Shown piece after piece: positions 36,657 through 47,700 of a DNA stretch of 64,000 nucleotides. The notes under the pieces were generated by a model. It had not been told where the DNA came from. It was given only the letters and a program-made list of their open reading frames with translations, and did no database searches. This DNA comes from Leucoraja ocellata (lineage: Eukaryota). Where the stretch lies: NCBI GenBank assembly GCA_036785375.1, contig JAWMAR010000026.1, forward strand, positions 12,090,001 through 12,154,000, in the 5' to 3' direction. Made by a program: the position numbers and the translations under genes. How positions within the stretch are numbered: the first letter of the stretch is position 1; each line of letters opens with the position of its first letter.

Positions 36657-39649
36657 ACTCATGTGGTGGATGTTAATTTGTGTTTATTGTATGTTTTGTT
36701 ATTTATTATTATTGTGTATGACTGCAGGCAACGAAATTTCGTTCAGACCGAAAGGTCTGAATGACAATAAAGGAATCAAATTCAAATTCAAATTCAAATG
36801 TCGGTCAGGAGGCTATCACCTGTGATGGAGAGAGTGAGGTCAAGATATGGTAGGGAAATGTTGAAAATGGTCCAGGTGTTTTTGAGTGCCAGAGGGAAGT
36901 AAGTGGTGAAATGGATGAAGTCAGTGAGTTGTGTGTGGGTGCAGGAGGTAGCACCAATGCAGTCGTCGATGTAGCAGAGGTAGAGTTTGGGGATAATGCC
37001 ATGGTAATTTCAAACAAGGATTGTTCGATGTACCCTACAAAGAGGCCGGCATAGCTAGGGCCCATGCACGTGCCCATAGCTATGTCTTGTATTTGGAGGA
37101 AATGGGAGACGTCAAACGAAAAGTTATTAAGGAACAGCTCCGCTAGGCGGAGGAGAGTATCAGTAGACGGGGATTGGTTGGTTTTCCGGTCGAGGAAGAA
37201 ACAGAGGACTTTGAGGCGCTCCTGGTGGGGGATGGAGGTGTAGAGAGACTGGACATCCACGGTGCAGATGAGGAAATGGGGGCCTAGAAAACGGAAGATT
37301 AAGAGCATGTGAGGTGTCTTGAACATAAGTAGGAAGGGATTTATCCAGGGGGGATAGGATGGAGTCAAGGTATGTGGAAATAAGTTCGGTAGGACACGAA
37401 CAGGCAGAAACAATAGGGCTGTGAGGACAGTCAGGTTTGTGGATTTTGGGGAGAAGGTAAAATCGGGCCATGCGGGGCTGGGGAACGATGAGGTTGGTGG
37501 TTTAGGAGGGCAGGGAGCCTGAGTTGATGAAGTCAGTGATGGTGCAAGAGATAGTGGACAGGTGCTCGTCTGTGGGGCCATGTTCCATGTGGTCCTGTAC
37601 CACACATCTTCATTCTTCAGGGAAGGGCCGTAAGATTGTGGGGTACCGAGGAGACACGAGTGAGGGCCTCGTCTATGATGGGAATGGGGGACCCCAGTTC
37701 CCTAAAGAATGAGGACATCTCGGATGTTCTGGTATGGAATACTTTATGTTGGGAGTAGATGCGACGTTGACGGAGGAATTGGGAGTAGGGCATAGAGTCT
37801 TTGCAAGAGGCAGGGTGGGAAGACGTGTAGTTGAGATAGTTGTGGGAGTCATTGGGTTTGAAAAGTTTGCAATAGACATGAAATAGTGTTATTGACTGAT
37901 GTCTCACAAACCCTGAAATCCCACACGGCAATCCAAGGTGCAGAATTATATTGGCTGTTCATTTCTTTTTCATTATATATTGACATTTTCGGGATCATCT
38001 GTGATTAACATTTATGTAACATTTATCGCCGTACTTCATTAGTCCAAATATGAGACTCGTGAAACATTGGTTATATGTTCGAGAATTGCATGATGGTTTG
38101 GCTACCTATTGCTATTAATAATCCGCAACAGCAACCTGCATGGACTTGAGAGAATTAGTAGATTTAGTCGGTCGAGGCAGAACTGAAGATTTCTAAACAG
38201 AAAATGCTGAATTATGCAAGCGGGGAAGTAGCCCAGGAGCTTGCATGTGGATGAGTGAGCATAAAATGCCAGGCACGTCACTGGGATGTCGATTTGTCTC
38301 TGTTGAACCTATCGCTACATTATTTAATAAATACACTATTCTTCAAAATTTAATTGGACTCCGATGTAGGAAGATTTGAAATTTATAAGGAAAATTAGTA
38401 ATTTGTAATGTGTTTAACCGAAGAGCTCACGTATTGGGGAAGAATGACGGGAAAAATGGGTAACATAGGGAATTTAAGTAGTGAGCCAATAAGTAGATTG
38501 ATCTTAATTTTTACATTCCATGGAATAATCGGTTGAGTTAAAATAATCATTAGAGGTTGTAAACTCAGCCGAAGGCAACACACTCAAAGAGGGAGAAGTC
38601 AAATTTATTGCACCCATTTGTTCAACAAATAGGTTTTCTATCGACCTTCTGTTCAAAGTGAGCATAAAATGCATTGAGCTGATTGGTGAGGGATCCATGA
38701 TTGCCATCAATACTGGTGAACTTCGCCTTGTAACATATCATAACACGCAAGCCTTCACACAATCCACGGATGTCTATGCCATTGCCCTAGGAATCTGGCG
38801 TGGTCAATTTCCTCTTGACATTCTAAATGGCTTTGCTGGTGTCGTAGATCAAGGGTTCCCAATCTGGGGTCAATTTACCCCAGGGGGTAAATTTCGCCTA
38901 CACAAAGGGTACATTTGTTGATTCTGGATTTGTACATAATTTTTCTATTTGACTGACTGTGTTTGGTTCTGGTATTTTGGTATCTGTTCATCATTAGTTA
39001 ATCATAAATAAGTGAAATAACATTTTTATGTGCTATTAAAGTTGCCAGTGGTAAACGGGACGAAAAAGGTTGGGTACCTCTACGTCCTCAGAAGATTGAG
39101 AATATTCAATATGTGTATGAATACTCTCCTAAACTTCTACACATGTATCTCATGGAGTATATTTACTTGTTGCATCATAGCCTGTTTGTTCTAATCATGG
39201 AATCTTGGAAACTTTATTGTCATTCAGACCTTTTGGTCAGAACGAAATTTGGTAATGCCCAGGAAGTGAGGAGATCACAAAGAGTGGTGGACATTGCCTG
39301 GTGTATCATGGGTACTGTCCTGCTCACTTCAAAGGAATTGCCTCAAAGAGGTAACCATCATGGCAAAAGACCCACAGTACCCTGCCATGCTCTCATTTCA
39401 CTCCTACCATCAGGAGGAATGAATAGAAGTCTGAAACCCGTGACTGCCTGGTTCAAGAATGGATCCTTCCCAACTGCAATCAAGCTCTTGAACACTGCAC
39501 AACACCAACCTCAGCTATGGACTACAGACTGTCTTTGGTTGCATGAAGGACTTCTGGCTTTTTGTACTGATATTGGAGTGATTCGTTTATTGAGATTTTA
39601 CTAATTCTATATTATCTATGTTTATTGTGCTTGAAGTCTTCATTGAGGT

Positions 39650-40370
39650 CTGTTACACAGCTGCCAGTAATAATGTAATCGTTCCCTTGTTGATTATTAT
39701 GACAATTGATCCATGACTCCCTTGACCCCTTGAATATGGACCAGTCCACAGACTCAAAATAGTCGTTAAGAATCGCATCTGCTTCTTCAGACCAGCATTG
39801 CAGGACGTCTGTTCTTGATCGCCTGGTGTCAACTTCGGCTTGTAGGTCGGGAGCAGAACCACAACCAGTTGGTTGGATTTTCCAAGGTTCAGTGCAGAAT
39901 GAAGCACGGATTATCTTTGATGGTTGTGTACCAATGGTCGAAGGTGATTGGATCTCAGGTTGGTCAGGAAATGCACTGATAGAATTTTAGTAGCAGGCTC
40001 TTAAGGTTGCCCTGATTGAAGTTCCTGGGCATTAAGAACAAGGCCTTAGGGTACTTCCTTTCAAGGCTATCGGTGAATGTGTGTAGTTCCATGAGTGCAA
40101 GATTAACATTAGCATGTGGTGGGATGCAGTCAGCTAACAGGATAGTCAATCGGATATCCGGAGGCAGGTAGAATTCACGAAGGTTCATGGTAAAATAATC
40201 CCAGTCAGGGAAGCAGGAACTTGACAGGACCCCTGAGCCCAAGCACTAAGTTGTGCTAATTAGGAAGCAGACCCCTCCGCCCGTCTGGCCTTGCCCAATG
40301 ATGCCTTGATGCCCATCTGGCGTGGAGAGAAAGCCTCATGCTGATGCGGTGGTTCGCCATGTCCCTGTCA
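39650..40370 (-). mobile_element. Degenerate LINE APE-endonuclease fragment
   Basis: REFYLPPDI..CIPPHAN..NFNQGNL resembles Rex1-type endonuclease (PFYLPREF..YIPP..GDFN). Confidence 0.6.
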
Positions 40371-40514
40371 ATCAGAGCATGCAGCAGTCTTAACATTCAT
40401 CGTCTTTCCTTAAACTAATATATTTATGTTTAGGTTCATAGAGACCGATTAGCACAGGTATCGTTGTGACATCTTCAATCAATTGTGCTCATTAGATTTC
40501 TAACGGTGGAGTGG

Positions 40515-41292
40515 TGAGAACATCTCAGATGTCCTGGTATGGAGCGCCTCATCTTAGCCACTGATGCGGCATGGATGGAGGAATTGGGAGTAGGGGATAG
40601 AGTCTTTGCAGGAGGCAGGGTGGGGAGAAGAGTAGTCTAGACAGCTGTGGGAGCCACTCACATTTAGGGAACCGAGGTTCCACTCTTCCATCATAGATGA
40701 GGTCCTCACATGGGTCTCCTCAGTATCTCGCAGCTCCGTCCTTGTTCCACGTCCCCCTAGTCGCAACAGGACCAGAGTCCCCCTAGTCTTCACCTTTCAC
40801 TCCACCAGCGTTGGTGCAGCATATAAACCTCCGACATTGTCGGCATATTCAACGGGATCCCACTATTAACCACTTCTCATTTTCACCCTTTTCCGCTTTC
40901 CACAGAGACCGTACCCTCCACAGTGCAGGTTCACGTGCACTTCCTCCCATCTCATCTGTTGTACCCGCTGCTCCAAGTGTGGACTAGTATATAATGGCGA
41001 GTCCATGTGCATGCTCGGCGATCGTTCGGCTGAATACCTTCGCTTAATCCGCCTAGGCCTAAGCGATCTCTCAATTGCCAAACACTTTAAAGTCTCCCTC
41101 CCATTCCCATACTGATCCTTCACTGCTGGTCCTCCTCCACTGTCAGAGTGAGGCCCTACTACAGTTGGGTCTGTCATTTTCGCACCTTACCTATCATATC
41201 TCTGTCTCCCTCTCCCCGCCTCTCAATCTGAAGAAGGGTCTCCACTCGAAACTTTCCCTGTCCAACTAAATTACTGCAGCATTTTGTGTCTA
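40515..41292. mobile_element. Rearranged, degenerate Penelope-like fragments
   Basis: [12 protein letters not shown] on minus strand; GIY-YIG remnant and hammerhead-like tail on plus strand. Confidence 0.7.
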
Positions 41293-42469
41293 CTAATATA
41301 GGGTGATTTCACGAAAGGTCACTGGAGCGTAGATCCGCACCCACGTGACCGAAAATTTTAACTGAAGGACACTTGGTACTTCCGGTACATGTTAGTGAAT
41401 GGGAAAATACGCACTTTCACACACGTTAAAAACATCGAAAACGGCCAGCTTTTGAGCTGCAATTTACTGTGCCAGTCGGGGTGACCGTGAGGCACAGCTA
41501 CCTAAATTTACAGTCCAAAGAAAAGATAGAAACTAAGGTAAATTCAAGAGGGTGCTGAAGGTGCAAAAACAGCGGAAGTGCTTAGCGGACATTTGTTGTG
41601 GAGATTTAAAGATCCAAAATATCGGGAATTATCGCGTTTGCTCGCTGCATTTCATCAAAAGTAAGGCATTATTGACTTTTTTATCTTTATTCATTTGTTA
41701 TATGAAAAGTTTTAAAAGTGAAAAATCCGTCAGTAAAATTGCAAAATCGCCCATGGTTCTCAGGTGGGTTTTAACGTGCAAAATGAAAATGCTTCTGAAG
41801 CTACATTTACCATTTAAATAATCGTAAACTATCAATGCGTTTTGAAATAAATTTTACTCAGATGCAAGCTAAGGAATGGGATAATTGTCAGCTGTTAGTT
41901 GGACAAAATTAGGACATTTTATTATTTACCAAAATATATTTCTCAATGTTTCTTGTTTAAAGCCTGCACAATCACCCAAACTACTTATTTATTTATTTAT
42001 TTATTTATTTATCATCTAATAGCAGACAAGCCTGCAGCATGGAATGATGTCAACAATCCTGATTTTGGCAAATAATAAAATGTCCTACTTTTGTCAGATA
42101 ACATCTCTGGAGAGAAGGAATGAATGGGTTTCAGGCCATTTATTCAGGCTTTTTAGGAGACTGAAGAAATGCGGCCTGTCTCCAAGCTAATCTCATTGGA
42201 TAACATTCGAAATAAAGCTTTTCACTGTACCTCGGCACACATGAGAATAATAAACCTAAACAAAACCTAAACCTAAACCGAAACATGTTATATCAACGTT
42301 AATATAATCGAGGGAAAGGGCAGGTAAATACTTAAGATAGAACTTACAGAACTTCGAATTTGAAATACGAACGTTTCAATGCGCCGTTTGAATCATTCGT
42401 CAAGCCAAGGGCTGATTGACAACCGCTTTGATTAAACAACAATATATTTCATAAGGTTCATAAAGTTCA

Positions 42470-44300
42470 TAAGATTCATTTATTGTCACAAACACCAATT
42501 GGTAGCAATGTTACAAAATTTTGAGATTTAAAAAATCAAGTCTGCAATTTATCCCATCAGATAAAGCATAACAATAAGTTTAATTTGACACCTAATTCAC
42601 TTTCATATCTCAAGTAATAATAAAGTTATGGCCATTTTCATACTCGGAAATTAGCATCTTGTTCCCTATCGATTTTCTATGGACATAACAAAAAAGCTGT
42701 GATCGTGGACAGTCAAAAGCACATAACCTTCTTAAAAATTAAGAGAACTGAATGAAATTTTCAATTATCATAGATTGAACCATTCTGAAACAAATATAAA
42801 ATAATCTAACTTGGATGACCTGAAATTAAAGCATATAATTAGTTAGTTACCCAATTGTAGCTAATTCAAACTTCAATTTACTAGATCTAAACATCTATCC
42901 ATTTCTTAATACATGATTAACATTTTTAAATAGCCCAAGTGTCCAAATAATATTCACAAATAATTCACAATTAAACATGATTTTTAAATCTCATTTACAT
43001 CAATTTATAGGCCAAATGGAAGGAATTTAGTGTTCAATTGCTGTAAATTAAAGTCAATTTAAATCGGCTTTCTAGTGGGTTCCTGTGAACGCGCTGGTTT
43101 AGAACGTTCACATTGCGCTGGATTTGTGCCCTCAAATGCCCAGAAAAATAATTCGGGATATAAAGAGCCCAAAATGAGCTACTCGCTATAGAAAACTTTA
43201 TAAACAGGGTTATACACATGCCCCATTTAATGTAAAAATAAGGTACATACCTTTAATTGTTTGCTTTATAAAACCCTGGGGTTGCGAGTTTAGAGAGTGA
43301 TTTTTAAACTACTCTAACTATTTTACAAGGCCATAAAAACTAATAATACCTTTTGCGACGGGGTCGTTCCGCGATTTTCCGTTAATGATTTACTAGACTG
43401 AACATTTTCGATTGCAACAGCCTAGTAAAAATCGCGTTTTAAACCCGCCCCCTCTAAACAGCGCCAAAATCACACACAAGGGGTGGGGCAGATGCTCAGC
43501 CACGATTCAGGTAGGTTTTGTAACATACCTACAATTGGTGTAGTGAAATTTCAGGGCCAGGTCAGTCATACAAGTTAAAAAAAAAAGCAACAGACTCAAA
43601 AAACACATTTTAACATAAACATCCATCACAGTGACTCCTACACATTCCTCACTGTGATGGAAGGCGAAATAAAGTTCAAGTCCTTCCCTTTTTGTTCTTC
43701 TTGGTCGGGGGCCTCGAGCCCTCAATTGACGGAACGGTCTTGACTCCCATTCGGGCCCTCCGCATCGAGGCGTTCAACTCCCGCATCGGGGGGATGTCAG
43801 CCCCCCCCCCCCCCCCCCGCGCCGGGCGATCGAACCTCGCGTCGGGGCTGGACGAACCATCTGCGGAGTTGGAGCTCCCGACTCAGCCTCCCCCGAGACT
43901 GCGAGCCCTTGATGGTAAGTCCGCAGGCCGCGCTGGGAGCGATCCCAGGCAAGGGATCCGCTCCGATGGTAACTCCGCGCCCCGCGGTGGGGCTCACAAC
44001 AGTCCGTGGCGGCTTTTCAACTCCACCGATGGTAGGCCGCAGAGCCCGGAGAATGTGATCCGAAACTTGATCACCTCTCCGGGAAGGTAAGAACCCGAAA
44101 AAAAAAAGATTCCTTGACCAACCCCCCCACCCCCCCCCCCCCCCCCACCCCCCCCCCCCCCCCACCCCCCCCCCCCCCCCCCGCCACATAAAACAAACAG
44201 AACATCAAAACAAACTTTAAACAAACGCTAAAAATAACAGAAAGGATGAAAAAACGAACAGACTGCCGGCAAGGCTGCCACCTCCTTCCTCCGGCGCTCC
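42470..44300 (-). mobile_element. Same unclassified retroposon family, split by a TIR element
   Basis: See 35257-36799; ends approximate. Confidence 0.55.
42503..43531. mobile_element. Non-autonomous TIR DNA transposon
   Basis: Imperfect TIR TAG(CA/GT)ATGTTACAAAA and flanking direct repeat CAATTGG. Confidence 0.8.
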
Positions 44301-44734
44301 CTAGTATTTAAACGATTGCATAACGTGGCATTAACTTTGAGACATCCTTCGCGAAAAAAAAGTTATCACTACAGGACATTGCGATGCTTTGATGATATTT
44401 TGCCATGTGCAAACTTTTTTATTGAATAAAATGACATATATAAGCAAGAGCACGTGTTTATTTAAAAAAAAATCGTTTTTAAATCGCTTGCTTCGCTTTC
44501 CGCATCAAAACACGGACCATTTAGAGGGTCAACAACAATTTCCGACAACTAATCACAATATGCAAAGTGAAAGCGAGGACTGTCTTTGCGCGTGCGTTTT
44601 ATGGTGATCATTGCTCCTTGATGTGCAGACCGTGGGGAAAAAAATCTTAATCCACGGAATAGTCTTTCGCTTCTCAACTTCTCGCTTTCCTTGAAACCTT
44701 TACACCCGCGTACATTGAGTATTTGTCATTGTGC

Positions 44735-44794
44735 TTAGATAGCGATGTTTCCTTGGAGTTGGAAAGTCAGCTTGTCATCTCCGCCTCGTTTGGT
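44735..44794 (-). CDS. Gene B terminal exon (frameshifted)
   Basis: TKRGGDDKLTFQLQGNIAI*; homologous to gene C terminal exon, with a 17-bp deletion. Confidence 0.8.
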   Translation of the reverse strand, partial: TKRGGDDKLTFQLQGNIAI

Positions 44795-47700
44795 CTGTGA
44801 AATAAATTCAATATTACCTGTTAGCGCATCGTACAGTGACTTGGGAAAACAATCGATTTTTCAATACAATTGGAATATAACCAACAATTATCATTTCCAG
44901 ATTGCAGATAACGTATAAGAGTTTATGTTCATATGATTTAGAAGCTCCAGTCTTCTGCGGAGCCTTTCTTGCTCTAGCGAACAGTGTAACACAAAGGTTA
45001 CACAAAAAAGCTGGAGAAACTCAGCGGGTGCAGCAGCATCTATGGAGCAAAGGAAATAGGCAACGTTTCGGGCCGAAACCCTTCTTCAGACTGATCGGGG
45101 GCGGGGGTGGGTGAGGACAAGAAAGGGAAAAGGAGGAGGAGCCCGAAGGCTGGGGGATGGGAGGAGACAGCAGGGGGGCTGAGGAAGGGGAGGAGACAGC
45201 AAAGACTAACAACATTGGGAGAATTCGATGTTCATGCCCCCGGGGTGCAGACTCCCCAAACGGAATATGAGGTGCTGTTCCTCCAATTTCCGGTGCTGCT
45301 CGCTGTGGCCATGGAGGAGACCCAGGACAGAGAGGTCGGAGATGGAGTGGGAGGGGGAGTTGAAGTGCTGAGCCACCGGGAGGTCAGCTTGGTTATTGCG
45401 GACCGAGCGGAGGTGTTCGGCGAAACGATCGCCCAACCTCCGCTTGGTCTCACCGATATAGATCTGCTGACATCTAGAGCAGCGGACGCAATAGATGAGG
45501 TTGGAAGAGATGCAGGTAAACCTCTGTCGCACCTGGAACGATTAAACACAAGTGTAACACAAATATTCATGAAACATTTTCAATTTTATTCTCTCCACAT
45601 TGCCATCAACACTTCGCTCACATAGGTTATACCACTTGCCTAAACACGGGACATTTTAAATGTCTAATTAGCCTATCACCCCTCACGTGATTCGGGATGT
45701 GCGAAGAATTCGGAGCACCTCGGGAAACCCGCGAGGATGTAACAAATAACGTTAAAACATCACACTGACAGCACATACGGCCAGGATGCGTTTTACCTTG
45801 TGGCTGGATATACGAGGACAAGCCATAATATCTCTCTCACTGTGTGATCTTCGTTAGATAATATGGAAATACTGCAAAGAGTGCTTGTCATATGTCCCAG
45901 ATAGAACTCTGAAATTCTTACTTGCAGCAGCACAACAGAATAAAACATAGTACTCTGTAAATAATATAATAAACCTCTCTGAGGTCCAGAGCCATCCTGC
46001 CACCTGCCCCTTATTGTGGATTTCCTGAATTCAGATTTCAATCTGTTCCGAATCATTGTCAGAATTTCTCATATTTCGTGGCGCTGGATATGCCCGCTGG
46101 GTGGAAAAGCATGTTGGCTGTTCCCTATCTTGTCTGTTTCTTAATTTCCCATTAATTATGGACAGCATTCTACATTAAACCCGGGAAAAGAGATACAGGG
46201 ATGGCGTCGTGCAGCGGAATGTGTTGTTCGGCTCTATCTGGTTTCAACGTTGCAATTGGAAATTCGCCATTACGGCTTTTCCACAGTCGGACAAGGTCAA
46301 CATTATGTTCACGTTACTTCATAATCAATAGAAATAATTTCCTTTAAGCTGATATTTCCTTGGAATTATTTTCGTGCAAATACTTTTCCCTTACCTCGGC
46401 ATAGACAACATTCTCTTCCTTTCGTCGATATTTGGTCATTTTTTTGCCCTCACTCAAGTTTAGTGTTGCGTAGGCAGAGGCATCTTCACTTGACGCTTGC
46501 CGAACCTATTAGAAAGTGACATTCAACACAGTTAGCAGAGTGTCTGATGTAGTTCTTTAAAGAGTGAGTCTGAAACATAAACATACAGAATGAATGCAAA
46601 ATCGGGGCACGATACCATTTGAACTGCATTCAATTATATTTCTCAGAATGTCATTCCCGAGAGGATTCAGTGCCAGTGTTTAACTTGTTTATTAATTTTG
46701 TAGCTTGCGATTCGTTTGGAACTATGAGACTGCAGGTTTAGTCGCTGCGCCCCTTCCAATATTAGAGGTGACAGGCAAAATTGTTTCCTTCTGCGCTGCA
46801 ATGTTCTAAAATTATATGGAATGAAACTGATATATTCTCTGCTGATCGTATAATTTCTGTACTGGTCCATCCCTCTTGGAAACACGAAGAATAGCTTCAC
46901 CTACCGGTTCTACGCTACGACTTGCTTCCACGCAGTTTGCATTAATACCTACATGAAAAAAAAGAAATCTCGAATAACATTTTAATGTCAGGAAAATGTA
47001 AATTACGCATTAGATTATAATCACATCTACTGCCCTTGAAGGCAGCGACAATCCCGTATACGTATCGCAGTATCACCGCCACAGTGTAGTGTGTTGTGCA
47101 TTTCCTTCATATACACCATCCGCGTTAGATCAGCACAACCGGCGGAAGCGAAGGTCTAGGCCAAATAACTCATCCTTCACATTTTGACGTTAAAGCAAGT
47201 CAACAATGCGAAAGGGCAGGGGAAATAATTGTATTTTAACTTACAACTAATAACTGGTATTGCTTTGGATTCTTGTTTCAATACTGCTCAGAATGCACCA
47301 ACCGCTTTTCTATCAACGGGTGTGTGAAATGGAAAATTATGCAAGGTTCTTACCTCGTTGTGCCTTTAATACGAATCTTGTCAAAATTATAAGCAGAACT
47401 ACAAATGACAGTCCGCCCACGACACATCCGAGAATTAGAGTTTTGTCCGTGGTTTCTGGGGTCTCTGGATATGGCGAAAAATGAGAACAGTGAAGCATAA
47501 ATACATACACAGGGACCGGTAGACAAGAAGGCAGAGCAATCGTTCAATATTTTCGGCACAAATATGTTATGACTGCCACATGGCACGCATTGTAAGGTAA
47601 TGACGAATTTATAGAACTGATCGCATTATACGGCGGCTCTTTGCTGAGGTTTGGTTAGTAAGTTAAGATGAGTATTAATTTTCATTTTACAAAACTACGC

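Larger units (their letters stand above)
35257..36799 (+). mobile_element. Unclassified non-autonomous retroposon with GC-rich minisatellite core
   Basis: Shares CCA(C/T)CACAGTGAGGA and TG(A/G)TGGATGTT blocks and a GAAATTTC..TGACAATAAA tail with the reverse copy at ~42470-44300. Confidence 0.6.
33941..37870 (-). mobile_element. Older Penelope-like element interrupted by nested insertions
   Basis: GIY-YIG/RT fragments ([33 protein letters not shown]) that are collinear once 34226-34680 and 35257-36799 are removed. Confidence 0.85.

Noticed and set aside
38060-38150. Hydrophobic stretch (ETLVICSRIA*WFGYLLLLII) as gene A TM exon
   Set aside because: In-frame stop, no matching splice sites, little similarity to the B/C TM exons.
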